Positions 1 through 9,331 of a stretch of 64,000 nucleotides of DNA are shown here, one piece after another. Origin of the DNA: Alphaproteobacteria bacterium (GTDB lineage Bacteria > Pseudomonadota > Alphaproteobacteria > MPNO01); NCBI GenBank assembly GCA_964291675.2, contig OZ219866.1, positions 2,048,001 through 2,112,000 of the forward strand, in the 5' to 3' direction. The notes under the pieces are model-generated. The model had not been told where the DNA came from and made no database searches. It was given only the letters and a program-made list of their open reading frames with translations. The position numbers were made by a program, and so were the translations under genes. Numbering within the stretch: the first letter of the stretch is position 1; each line of letters begins with the position of its first letter.

Positions 1-1030
1 TCGGGATGCCGGTCTTCACGTCCTTGCGCCGGCTGGTGGCGAGCATGGTCCGCTCATAGACCTCCTGACCGGGCCGGCTGACATACCAGTTGATGAAGAC
101 CTGGGCGGCGTTGGGATGCGGCACGTTCTTGGCCTGCTTGAGGACGGAGAAGCCGCCGGTCACGTAGCCGGGGGCATCTTCGGGCAGGACCACGGCGAGG
201 TTCTCGATCCCCTCGCGACGGAACTTCTCGACGAAGAACTGGATCGAGGCGAAGGCGATCGGCCTGGTGCCGCGCACGACCTCCTCGACCACCCCGCGGT
301 TGCTGCTGGTGAACTTCGCCTGCTGGCCGAGATAGAACTCTTTCACGAACTCGATGCCCATCGTGTTGTAGAGCCAGTTCGTGGCGCCCTGGCCGGGGCC
401 CGGGCTGCGCGGGTCGTGCGAGATCATCTTGCCGCGGAACTCGGGCTTGAGGACATCCTTCCAGACCTTGATCTTGCCGGGGTCGATCATGTCCTTGTTG
501 ACCAGCAGCCAGCCGAACACCCATTCGGCGCCCTGCAACAGGTATTGCTTGTCGTCGTCCATGAACTTGAGCTTGCCGTCGCGGTAGTTCTCCGGCCCGA
601 CGCCGGGAAGGATGAGCTGCGGCCGCACCGGGTTGAGATAGCCCCCGGGCTTCATCTTCACGAGCTCGCGGCCGCCGCCGAGCATGACGTCCAGCGTCAT
701 CTTGCCGGCCACGGCCTCGGCCTCGAAGCGCGAGGAGAGGTCGGACGGGCGGCCGCCGAAGAATTTCAGCTCGATACCGGTGTCGCGCTTGAACGCCGGC
801 GGCATCGAGCGGGCCAGCGCCGGGAAGCCGGCGACGGTGACCTGACCCTCCTTGCGTCCCTCGGCCAGGATGCGGCGCCACTCGTCCGGCGCCCCCGCCT
901 GCCAGTCGGCGGACGAAGCGGCCAGGCTCACGGGTGCCCGGGCCAGCGAGCCGGCACCCGCCGCCGCCGCGAGAACGGCGGAAGAGCCGATCCCGTTCAG
1001 GACGGTTCGCCGCGTGAAACGCGTGTTCAT
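1..1030 (-). CDS. ABC-type extracellular solute-binding protein with Tat signal (partial; runs off the left edge)
   Basis: Not in the ORF track because it has no stop in the window. Read by hand from ATG 1030 (RBS GGAGG): MNTRFTRRTVLNGIGSSAVLAAAAG...AEGRKEGQVTVAG...WKDVLKPEFRGK...PHPNAAQVFINWYVSRPGQ; twin-Arg leader and Fe/polyamine-type SBP motifs. Confidence 0.85.
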   Translation of the reverse strand, partial: MNTRFTRRTVLNGIGSSAVLAAAAGAGSLARAPVSLAASSADWQAGAPDEWRRILAEGRKEGQVTVAGFPALARSMPPAFKRDTGIELKFFGGRPSDLSSRFEAEAVAGKMTLDVMLGGGRELVKMKPGGYLNPVRPQLILPGVGPENYRDGKLKFMDDDKQYLLQGAEWVFGWLLVNKDMIDPGKIKVWKDVLKPEFRGKMISHDPRSPGPGQGATNWLYNTMGIEFVKEFYLGQQAKFTSSNRGVVEEVVRGTRPIAFASIQFFVEKFRREGIENLAVVLPEDAPGYVTGGFSVLKQAKNVPHPNAAQVFINWYVSRPGQEVYERTMLATSRRKDVKTGIP

Positions 1031-1135
1031 GCCACACCTCCCCTGTTTAGGTCCGGCGATTGCCCCATCGCCCTTGTATCGGTTCGAGTATGGGTGCGAT
1101 GCGGGGCAGGGTGCAAGGCGGGTCCCGACCGACCG

Positions 1136-3451
1136 TCAGCGGGATTTCAGCGCCCGCAACACGCGCTCCGGCGTCATCGGTATCTCGCGCAGCCTCGTGC
1201 CGGTCGCGTCCGCCACCGCGTTGGCGATCGCCGGGGCCACCCCGATCAGCCCGGGCTCGCCGATCGCCTTGGCGCCGAACGGGCCCGAGGGCTCCGGGTG
1301 TTCGACGACGATGGGGTCGATCGACGGGGGAACGTCCATCGCGGACGGCGCCTTGTAGTCCATCATCGACGGGTTGGCGAGCGCTCCCCCTTCCCAGACC
1401 AGCTCCTCGGTCAGCGCATAGCCCAGGCCCTGGACGAAGCCGCCCTGGATCTGCCCCTCGACGCCGAGCGGATTGATCGCCCGGCCCACGTCGTGCGCCG
1501 ACCATCCCTCGACCACGGCGATGCGTCCGGTGGCCTCGTCGACCTCGACCTCGACCGCCTGGGCGCCGAATACGTAGGTGCCGAGATTGGAGAAGGGAAA
1601 GCCCTTTATGATCGCCCGCTTCGGGTCGAACCGTTCGCCGTCATACATCAGCGCGTTCTGGCCCATGATGGGGCCGCCGACCCCCCAATGGGCGCGGCGC
1701 GAGACCTCGGCGAAGCTCACCTCGCGGTCGGGGATGCCGGCGATTCCGACCCGCCCGCCCGGTCGGAGCTCGAGATCCTCGGCGGCGCATTCCATCATCT
1801 CCGCCGCATGCTCGAAGATGCGCTGCTTCGCCTCTTCCGATGCCGCGGCGACCGCGCGCCCCGCCATGTAGGTCGTCCGGCTGCCCGAGGTGCTCCAGTT
1901 ATAGGGCGAGGCGTCGGTGTCCGGGTTGACGTAGTTCACCCTGGAGATGTCGACGCCGAGCGACCCGGCGCAGATCTGCGCGAGCGCGATGTCAGAGCCC
2001 TGGCCGCAATCGACCGCCCCGGTGCTGAGGGTGATCGAGCCGTCCTCCAGCAGGCGGACATTCGCGGCGCTCGACAGCAGCCCGCAGACATGGGCAAGGC
2101 AGGCGATGCCGAGCCCCCGCTTCCTGCCCGCTTCCGGGCCCGACTTGCGCCGCCGTCCGCCGGTCGCCGCGCGCAGCTTCTCGATGCACTCGACCAGACC
2201 GCAGGCCTCCACCGTCTGGCCGCCGAGCCACTTGTCGCCGGCGCGCATCGCGTTCTTGAGCCGGATGTCGAAGGGATCGAGGCCGAGCGCGGCGGCGAGC
2301 TCGTCGATCTGCGACTCGCCGGCGAAGGTCGATTGCGGATTGCCGAAGCCGCGGAAGCCGCCCGCGCGGAGCTTGTTGGTGTAGACCGCGCGCCCCGTCA
2401 CCCGGACATTCGGAATCCTGTACGGTCCGCGCGCCATCAAGAGCGCGAAGCCGAGCACCGCGGGGCTCTCGTTGCAATACGCGCCGCCCTCCAGCGTCAC
2501 CTCGACCTCGCGCGCGATCAACGTCCCGTCCGCCCTGGCGCCGGTCTTGATGGAGATCTTCGCCGGGTGCCGGCGCAGCATCAGCATGAAGTCGGAGGCG
2601 CGCGGCAGGACCGCCTTCACCGGCCGCCCGGACCTGCGCGCGAGCTCGACCGCGACCGGCTGGAGGTGCGCCCCGCCCTTGCCGCCGAAAGTCCCCCCGA
2701 TTCGGGGCGAGACGGCCCGGATTTTCGACATCGGCATGTCGAGGAGCTGCGCGACCTCGGCCTGGACGCGGAATACCGACTGGGTGGTCGACCACACCGT
2801 CACCTTGCCGCTGGGGTCGAACGAGGCCACCGCGCCGGTCGGCTCCAGCGCGTGGTGGTATTGGGCGCCCGTGGAGAACGCGTTCTCGACGATCGCGTCG
2901 CACTCGGCCCACGCCGCATCGACATCGCCTTCGACGATCTCCTGGCGCGACAGCGCGTTCCCGCTGTGCTCGACCGGGTGGGAGGCCTCGTAGGCGCCGA
3001 TGTCTTCGTGGACCAGCGGCGCGCCGGGCGCGAGCGCGTCCTCGACGGTGAGGACCGCGGGAAGCTCTTCGTACTCGACATCGACGAGCAGCGCGGCCGC
3101 CTCGGCGATCGCCTGCGTCTCCGCCGCCACCGCGGCGACCGGCTCGCCCGTGTAGCGCACCTTCCCGCGGGCGAGAAAGGGCATGTCCTTGATCGCTCCG
3201 CCGCCCAGCCCGGGCAGGTCCTCGCCGGTCAGCACCGCATGCACCCCGGGATGGGCGCGCGCGGCCGCCGCGTCGACCGCGACGATCCGGGCATGCGCCA
3301 GCGGGGACAGCGCAAACGCCGTGTGCAGCATCCCGGGAAGCCGGATGTCGTCGAGATATTGCGCCGCGCCGACGGCCTTTTCCGCCGCGTCGTCGCGCGG
3401 CAGCCGGGCCCCCACCGCGCGGACTTCCGCCGTTGTCGCCGTCCCCGCCAT
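1136..3451 (-). CDS. Xanthine dehydrogenase family molybdopterin-binding (large) subunit
   Basis: Motifs GGTFGGK, FRGFGNPQ, GQGS, GQIQGGFVQGLG, GAKAIGEPG. Confidence 0.93.
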   Translation of the reverse strand: MAGTATTAEVRAVGARLPRDDAAEKAVGAAQYLDDIRLPGMLHTAFALSPLAHARIVAVDAAAARAHPGVHAVLTGEDLPGLGGGAIKDMPFLARGKVRYTGEPVAAVAAETQAIAEAAALLVDVEYEELPAVLTVEDALAPGAPLVHEDIGAYEASHPVEHSGNALSRQEIVEGDVDAAWAECDAIVENAFSTGAQYHHALEPTGAVASFDPSGKVTVWSTTQSVFRVQAEVAQLLDMPMSKIRAVSPRIGGTFGGKGGAHLQPVAVELARRSGRPVKAVLPRASDFMLMLRRHPAKISIKTGARADGTLIAREVEVTLEGGAYCNESPAVLGFALLMARGPYRIPNVRVTGRAVYTNKLRAGGFRGFGNPQSTFAGESQIDELAAALGLDPFDIRLKNAMRAGDKWLGGQTVEACGLVECIEKLRAATGGRRRKSGPEAGRKRGLGIACLAHVCGLLSSAANVRLLEDGSITLSTGAVDCGQGSDIALAQICAGSLGVDISRVNYVNPDTDASPYNWSTSGSRTTYMAGRAVAAASEEAKQRIFEHAAEMMECAAEDLELRPGGRVGIAGIPDREVSFAEVSRRAHWGVGGPIMGQNALMYDGERFDPKRAIIKGFPFSNLGTYVFGAQAVEVEVDEATGRIAVVEGWSAHDVGRAINPLGVEGQIQGGFVQGLGYALTEELVWEGGALANPSMMDYKAPSAMDVPPSIDPIVVEHPEPSGPFGAKAIGEPGLIGVAPAIANAVADATGTRLREIPMTPERVLRALKSR

Positions 3452-3452
3452 C

Positions 3453-3920
3453 TCACCCCCGCGCCGCCATTTCGATTGCCTCGACGATCTTCACGTAGCC
3501 CGAGCACCGGCAGATATTGCCCGAGACCGCCTCGCGGATCTCGTCCACCGTGGGCTCCGGGTTCTCGTCCAGCAGCGCCCTCGCGGCGACCGCCAGCCCC
3601 GGCGTGCAGAACCCGCACTGGATGGCGCCCGATTCGACCAGCGCGCGCTGTACCGGATCCAGAACGCCGTCCCGCGCGAGCCCCTCGGCGGTCACGATCT
3701 CCAGGCCGGTGCAGTTGACCGAGAGCGACAGGCAGGCGCGCACCGCCCTTCCGTCGACCATCACGGTACAGGCGCCGCAGACCCCCTGGTCGCAGCCGCG
3801 CTTCGCACCCGTCAGCCCGAAGCGGACGCGAAGGGTCTCGAGCAGCGTCTCGTCGGCCGGAACCGGCGCCTCGCGGGCCACGCCGTTGACCGTCAGCGCG
3901 ATGGCGATTCTCTCCTCCAC
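3453..3920 (-). CDS. Xanthine dehydrogenase family 2x[2Fe-2S] small subunit (CoxS-like)
   Basis: GCDQGVCGACTV and QCGFCTPG...NICRCSGY cysteine motifs; 1 nt from the Mo subunit. Confidence 0.95.
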   Translation of the reverse strand: MEERIAIALTVNGVAREAPVPADETLLETLRVRFGLTGAKRGCDQGVCGACTVMVDGRAVRACLSLSVNCTGLEIVTAEGLARDGVLDPVQRALVESGAIQCGFCTPGLAVAARALLDENPEPTVDEIREAVSGNICRCSGYVKIVEAIEMAARG

Positions 3921-3971
3921 GGCAGAAGGACTATAGGTTCGTGTCCGGAAAGCTGTCCATTGGACGGCGGC

Positions 3972-5195
3972 TCAGGGACCCGACGCGACGATTTCTCCGC
4001 GACGCGCGACGATTTCGCCGTCCTGCAACACCATCGCGATGCGCTCCGGGTGGCCGAGGACGGAGATATCCGCCAGCGGGTCGCCGTCGACGACGAGGAT
4101 ATCCGCCGTCTTTCCGGTCTGCACGGTGCCGAGCCGGTCCGACAGCCCGAGGAGCTCGGCTCCCCGGATCGTGGTCGCGCGGATGGCATCCATGGGGCTC
4201 ATCCCGAGCGATACCAGCGCGGCCAGCTCCTGCGCATTCTCGCCGTGCCGGTTGTAAGGCGTGCCCGCATCGGTGCCCATCGCGATCCTGACGCCGGAGG
4301 CGAGCGCCCTGGCGCAGGTCGCGCGCTGGCTGTCGACGGCGGACTCGGCCTTCTCCACCACGTCGGGCGGGATCCCGGACCCGATCCCGTTCTTCACCAC
4401 GAGGTCGACCGCCGCCGCGGTGGGGACCAGCCAGACGCCGCGATCCAGCATCATGTCGATGCCTTCGTCGTCGAGAAAATAGGCATGTTCGACGCTTTGC
4501 ACCCCGGCCCGGATGCCGTTCTTGATCCCCGACGCGCCATGGGCGTGGACGGCGCTCAGCTTTCCCGCCTTGTCGGCCTCCTCGATCGCGGCGCGCATCT
4601 CCGCCTCCTCGAGCTGCGCCGCGCCGATCTCGTTGCCCTGTGTCAGGATGCCGCCGGTCGCCATCAGCTTGATGCAATCCGCGCCGGCGCGGATCTGTTC
4701 CCGTGCCGCCCGCCTCGCGTCGTCGACCCCGTCCGCCTGACGGCCGAACTGCCAGCAATGGCCGCCCGTCATGGTGACCGGCTGGCCGCTCAGCACCAGC
4801 CGCGGCGCCGCAATCTGCAAGCCTTCGGCGAGAGCCCGCCGGAAGGAGAGGTCGACATGGTCCCTGGCGCCCAGATCGCGCACCGTCGTCACCCCGGCGG
4901 CGATCGTCCGCTCGGCGTTGCGGGCCATGCGGAGGACCGACATCGCCGCGGTGTCGCCCACCACCTGGGCGATGGGGTCGGCGTCGCCGTCGATGGACAG
5001 ATGGACGTGGCAGTCGATCATCCCCGGCATCACGGTGAGGCCGGAGACGTCCACCACCTCGCCGCCGGGCGTTTCGGGAAAGCCGGACATCGGCGCGATG
5101 TCGGCGATCCTCCGGTCCTCGACGACGATGAACCGGTCCGCGAGGACGTCCCCGGTACCGTCGATTATGCGGGCGTTGGAGAGAAGGCGTCGCAC
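3972..5195 (-). CDS. Metal-dependent amidohydrolase (prolidase-like subgroup), paralog B
   Basis: C-terminal part of ORF 3972..6101; GTG 5195 with GAGGA RBS; NARIIDGTG, PGMIDCHVH, CIKL, VHAHG, VEHA, GTDAG, GKTAD. Confidence 0.9.
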   Translation of the reverse strand: MRRLLSNARIIDGTGDVLADRFIVVEDRRIADIAPMSGFPETPGGEVVDVSGLTVMPGMIDCHVHLSIDGDADPIAQVVGDTAAMSVLRMARNAERTIAAGVTTVRDLGARDHVDLSFRRALAEGLQIAAPRLVLSGQPVTMTGGHCWQFGRQADGVDDARRAAREQIRAGADCIKLMATGGILTQGNEIGAAQLEEAEMRAAIEEADKAGKLSAVHAHGASGIKNGIRAGVQSVEHAYFLDDEGIDMMLDRGVWLVPTAAAVDLVVKNGIGSGIPPDVVEKAESAVDSQRATCARALASGVRIAMGTDAGTPYNRHGENAQELAALVSLGMSPMDAIRATTIRGAELLGLSDRLGTVQTGKTADILVVDGDPLADISVLGHPERIAMVLQDGEIVARRGEIVASGP

Positions 5196-6418
5196 GCCGA
5201 TGCGTCCTCGCTCGCGTGGGCGCCGTCGCGGCGAATGACCGTCTCGCCGTCCTTGATCACCCACGCGATGCGGTCGGTGTCCTGGAGGACCGTGATATCG
5301 GACAACGGGTCTCCGTCGCACACCACGAGGTCGGCGAGCTTGCCTTCCTCGATGCTGCCCAGGCGGTCGTCGAGCCTGAGCAGCCGGGCGCTGCCGAGCG
5401 TCGAGACCTGGATCGCCGCCATGGGGTCGAGACCCATCTCGACCAGATGCGCCAGCTCTTCGAGGTTTCGGCCGTGGCGCGTGAACGGCACGCCGGAATC
5501 GGTACCCATCGCCAGGTTCACGCCGGCGCGCCAGGCCCTGCCGAAACTCTCGACATGGTGGTCGACGGCCTCGCACGCCTTCCTGTGGACGTCGGGCAGC
5601 AGGCCGTCCTCGACCCCGCGCGAAGCGACATTCCTGACCGCGGCCGACGTGGCCACGAGATAGGTGCCGCGTTCGAGCATCAGCTCGATGCCCTCGTCGT
5701 CGAGAAAATAGCCGTGCTCGATCGAGTCGATGCCCGCAAGCACCGCGTTCTTGATGCCGGTCGCGCCATGCGCGTGCGCGGCCGAGATGGCGCCCGCCTT
5801 CTTCGCCTCCTCGACGCCGGCGCGCAACTCGTCGACGGTGAGCTGGGCGCTGCCGATCTCGGTGCCCGGGGTGAGGATGCCCCCGGTTGCGATCAGCTTG
5901 ACGTTGTCCGCGCCCGCGCGCAGCTGCTCTCGCGCCGCCCTGCGAACCCCGTCCGGGCCGTCCGCCTGTTGCCCCACGTTCCAGCCGTGACCGCCCGTCA
6001 TGCAGATGATCTTGCCCGACAGCACCATGCGGGGGCCGGGAACCAGCCCCTGTTCCACCGCCCGGCGCACCGAGAAATCGACGAAGTTGGTCGACCCGCA
6101 ATCGCGTATCGTGGTGATCCCCGCTTCGACGGTGCGCCTGGCGTTGCGCGCCGACCGCAAGGCGCAGAGCGCATCGGTGTCGGTCAGCACCTGGGCGCGC
6201 GGGTCGGCGAGCCCGTCCGAGCGCAGGTGGACGTGGCAGTCGAAGAACCCCGGCAGCAGGCTCTTGTTGCCGAGGTCCACCACCTCGTACCCGGTCGCGG
6301 ACAGGCCGGGTTCGCCGCGCCCGACGCGGACGATCTCCCTGCCCTCGACGACGACGAAGCCGTGGAACGCATCGCCCGTCCCGTCGATGACATTGGCGTT
6401 GCAGAACACCGTCTTCAT
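5165..6418 (-). CDS. Metal-dependent amidohydrolase (prolidase-like subgroup), paralog A
   Basis: C-terminal part of ORF 5165..7825; start MKTVFCNANVIDGTG (alternative ATG 6430); PGFFDCHVH, NVKL, AHAHG, IEHG, GTDSG, GKLAD. Confidence 0.9.
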   Translation of the reverse strand: MKTVFCNANVIDGTGDAFHGFVVVEGREIVRVGRGEPGLSATGYEVVDLGNKSLLPGFFDCHVHLRSDGLADPRAQVLTDTDALCALRSARNARRTVEAGITTIRDCGSTNFVDFSVRRAVEQGLVPGPRMVLSGKIICMTGGHGWNVGQQADGPDGVRRAAREQLRAGADNVKLIATGGILTPGTEIGSAQLTVDELRAGVEEAKKAGAISAAHAHGATGIKNAVLAGIDSIEHGYFLDDEGIELMLERGTYLVATSAAVRNVASRGVEDGLLPDVHRKACEAVDHHVESFGRAWRAGVNLAMGTDSGVPFTRHGRNLEELAHLVEMGLDPMAAIQVSTLGSARLLRLDDRLGSIEEGKLADLVVCDGDPLSDITVLQDTDRIAWVIKDGETVIRRDGAHASEDASACDAFSPTPA

Positions 6419-6460
6419 GACGAATTCCATATCACCGGGGAGCCGCCCCGGCAACAAGCG

Positions 6461-6504
6461 GCACCCGGCGGAGCCGCGAGTTGCACCCGGCGGAGCCGCG
6501 AGTT
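6461..6504. repeat. Perfect 22-bp tandem duplication GCACCCGGCGGAGCCGCGAGTT x2
   Basis: Copies at 6461-6482 and 6483-6504, in the divergent intergenic region. Confidence 0.9.
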
Positions 6505-6571
6505 GAACGCCGGACGGCGCTCGCATAGGGTTTTCGTTACGAGACAACCTGTATTTCGAACGAGGTGGTCG

Positions 6572-7723
6572 ATGGCCGTTCCGGCACAGGAATACGAGAC
6601 CCGGATAACCCGCGCTCGCGCGCTCATGGCCGAGCGCGGCATGGACGGTCTCGTGGTGACCGACCCGACGACGTTCTTCTATTTCAGCGGTCAGCGTGCG
6701 CCGGCCTGGATGAGGCAGCGGCCCAACGTCTTCATCCTTCCCCTCGAAGGGGACGCGGCGGTCATAAGCTGGTCGGGGCCGGGCATGTTCGCGCGTCTCT
6801 ACGATCGGCCGTACCCGTCCTGGGTCGAGGACCGTCGCATCTATCCCGAGGTGCCGTTCAACACCGACGAACGGGTGGATTGGGGGATACGCGGGGTTCT
6901 CGAGGATCGCGGGCTGCAGGATGCTGCGATCGGAATCGAGCTCGGGCGCGAGACCTGGCTCGGCATCCCGCATGGCGACTTCCTGCGCTTGCAGGACGAT
7001 TTGCCCAATGTCCGGTTCGTCGAGTCCGGCCCCGTCGTCTGGGGCTGCCGGATGATAAAGTCGGAATGGGAGATCGAGGCGCAGCGCCAGGCTTGCGCGA
7101 TCGGCGGCCGGGCGTGGAAGCGCTGCTTCGAGGAGCTCCGCCCCGGGATCACCTCGGCCGAAATCCAGAAGCGCATCATCGCCTGCTACTTCGAGGAGGG
7201 GGCGGACCTCGATTCCGGCCCGCCGACCGCGCTCGGCGCCACCGGGCCCGGCGGTGCGTTCCAGGCGGGCGACGTGCTCTATCTCGACGGCGGCTGCCAT
7301 TTCGAGGGCTATCACATGGATTTCACGCGCCGGGCGGTGTTCGGCCCGCCCAGCGACCGGCAGCGCCGCGAGCATGACGGCATGTGGGAGATCCTGTTCA
7401 AGGTGATGGACCGCATGACCCCCGGGACCGGCATGGCGGAGATCTTCGAGTATTCCCAGTCCCTGCTGGCCGAGACCGATTTCGTCAACTATTCGGATCA
7501 CCCGGCGAAGCGCATCGGACACGGCATCGGCCTGGAGACCGAGCCGCCGTCGATCAACCGGTTCGACCCGACCGTCCTTCAGGTCGGCATGACGCTCACC
7601 CCGGAGCCCAAGATCGAGAGCCCGGACGGGCTGGTGAACCCGGAAGAGCATGTGGCGATCCGCGAGCACGGCTGCGAGATACTCTCGACCGATCCCGGCT
7701 GGGAGCTGTTTGTGGTCGATTGA
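6572..7723 (+). CDS. M24 family metallopeptidase (Xaa-Pro peptidase/creatinase fold)
   Basis: ATG 6572 after GAGGTGG; RMIKSEWEI; metal ligands YLDGG, HMDFTR, GHGIG, TPEP, PEEH. Confidence 0.9.
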   Translation: MAVPAQEYETRITRARALMAERGMDGLVVTDPTTFFYFSGQRAPAWMRQRPNVFILPLEGDAAVISWSGPGMFARLYDRPYPSWVEDRRIYPEVPFNTDERVDWGIRGVLEDRGLQDAAIGIELGRETWLGIPHGDFLRLQDDLPNVRFVESGPVVWGCRMIKSEWEIEAQRQACAIGGRAWKRCFEELRPGITSAEIQKRIIACYFEEGADLDSGPPTALGATGPGGAFQAGDVLYLDGGCHFEGYHMDFTRRAVFGPPSDRQRREHDGMWEILFKVMDRMTPGTGMAEIFEYSQSLLAETDFVNYSDHPAKRIGHGIGLETEPPSINRFDPTVLQVGMTLTPEPKIESPDGLVNPEEHVAIREHGCEILSTDPGWELFVVD

Positions 7724-7887
7724 CCGGGGCTTATACCGATTGCTTGACAGGCGCTCGGCTGACGCGGGTCGTCCACGGGTACGCCTCTCCGCCGCGCCAG
7801 GCGTACATCTCCGGTCGCCCGTCACGGTCGGCGCCCCGCCCCATCGCCAGGCCTCCGGCCGGATCGCCTTGCGCGGGGAGACGCCGC

Positions 7888-8016
7888 ATGGATGGCCGGA
7901 TCAAGTCCGGCCATGACGGGGTAGTGGCGGTGGCGGAGCATGAAGAGCCGGGCGCGGACCGGCTCATCGCCATGCCTCCCCTCCTCGTCATGCCCGGACT
8001 CGATCCGGGCATCCAT
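7888..8016. repeat. Inverted pair of 30-bp alphaproteobacterial palindromic repeats (REPIN-like)
   Basis: ATGGATGGCCGGATCAAGTCCGGCCATGAC (7888-7917) and GTCATGCCCGGACTCGATCCGGGCATCCAT (7987-8016), 27/30 inverted match, each copy a hairpin. Confidence 0.85.
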
Positions 8017-8277
8017 GGGCGGTGCATGGAGAGCCGGGCGCGGCCCGCCCCCATCGCCATGCCCCTGTACTGTTTACCGAGCATTTGTGGCGCGGCGAAT
8101 CGGGTTTTCCCGTCATGCTTCGGGTTCCGTCCATTTCGGACGGGTCGAACGGAATCGGGCGCGCCGGGCTGGCCGGCAGCCTGAACGGTTTGCCCGCGCC
8201 GGCGCATCGGCGCTACCATCGCGGCGGAGAGCCTACCGCCTCGCATGTACCCGGGGCTGCTAAAGGGGAGGAAACCC

Positions 8278-9270
8278 ATGAAATCGGCTTACCTCACGAC
8301 GCGTTTGGCGACGCTTTCCGCATGCGTTGCGGTGGCAGTCTGCTTCGTTCTCCCGGCCAGCGCGGCCGAGACGACGCTCCGCGTCGTCACGTTCTCGCAG
8401 CCGGACCGGAACTATCCCAGCATGGTGATGTTCAGGCGCTTCATCGAGCGGGTGAACAAGGCCGGCGAGGGCGTGCTCAAGCTCGACTATATCGGCGGGC
8501 CGTCCGTGGTGCCGCTGCGCGACCAGATGAACGCGACCGCCAAGGGCGTCGCCGACATGGTGATGACGTTTACCATCCACCAGGCGCTGGTCCCGGAGAT
8601 CGGCACCGTCGGCATGTCGGAGATATCGCCCAAGGAAGAGCGCGAGGTGGGCTATGTCGACCTGCTCGACGAGGCGCACAAGAAGATCGGCATCAAGGTC
8701 ATGGGACGCACGGCGACCGATGTCGGCTTCCATATCTTCTCCAAGAAGCCGATCGAGCGGATGGCCGATCTGAAGAACGTCAAGATCCGCTCGCACGCGG
8801 GCTACGACCCCTTCATGAAGGCGATCGGCGCCTCGCCCATACATATGAAGATCTCCGAGATCTATCCCGGTCTAGAGCGCGGCGTGGTGCAGGCGGCACC
8901 GTTTCCGCTGGCGGCGACGAATATCGGGATTCACGAAGTCATCTGCTGCGCGATGGCCGATGCGTTCTGGCCGGCGCATACGACGTTCAGCTTCGTGAAC
9001 CGCGGCAAGTGGAGCAAGCTGTCCGCCGCGGCGAAGAAGCTGATGCAGGACGAGCAGGCCGAGATGGAGCGCTTCATGGTTCCGAAGGGCAAGGAGCTGA
9101 AGGCGGGCGAGATGGCCAAGCTGCAAGAGAGCGGCGTGAAGTTCGTCAGCCTGCCCGCGGACGAAGCGAAGAAATGGGTGGACGTGGCCAACGAATCGCG
9201 CTGGGCGGTCATGAAGAAGAGGCTGGCGCCCGAGCAGTACGCGAAGATCCGCAAGATGATCACGCGCTGA
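8278..9270 (+). CDS. dctP: TRAP transporter substrate-binding protein
   Basis: GGGGAGGA RBS, signal peptide, DLKNVKIRS (conserved Arg), EIYPGLERGVV. Confidence 0.9.
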   Translation: MKSAYLTTRLATLSACVAVAVCFVLPASAAETTLRVVTFSQPDRNYPSMVMFRRFIERVNKAGEGVLKLDYIGGPSVVPLRDQMNATAKGVADMVMTFTIHQALVPEIGTVGMSEISPKEEREVGYVDLLDEAHKKIGIKVMGRTATDVGFHIFSKKPIERMADLKNVKIRSHAGYDPFMKAIGASPIHMKISEIYPGLERGVVQAAPFPLAATNIGIHEVICCAMADAFWPAHTTFSFVNRGKWSKLSAAAKKLMQDEQAEMERFMVPKGKELKAGEMAKLQESGVKFVSLPADEAKKWVDVANESRWAVMKKRLAPEQYAKIRKMITR

Positions 9271-9331
9271 CGCGCCGCCGTCATCGAGGGACTTTCCGGC
9301 AATCCAGGCGACGCTCGGGCGGAGACACCGT

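Noticed and set aside
54-1037. 327-aa minus-strand ORF in the track
   Set aside because: Wrong frame; the real gene is the SBP starting at 1030, which has no stop inside the window
1136-3451. Aerobic CO dehydrogenase CoxL
   Set aside because: Has GGFRGFG rather than AYxCSFR or AYRGAGR, and no cox accessory genes
116-3718. 1200-aa plus-strand ORF, and similar long ORFs (14455..17883, 55439..58819, 56005..59784, 36183..38717)
   Set aside because: Shadow or alternate-frame ORFs over motif-bearing genes, with Arg/Gly/Pro-rich or antisense-typical composition
7731-8279. Small ORFs between the M24 gene and dctP
   Set aside because: They translate the palindromic repeats (MDGRIKSGHD) and lack protein-like composition
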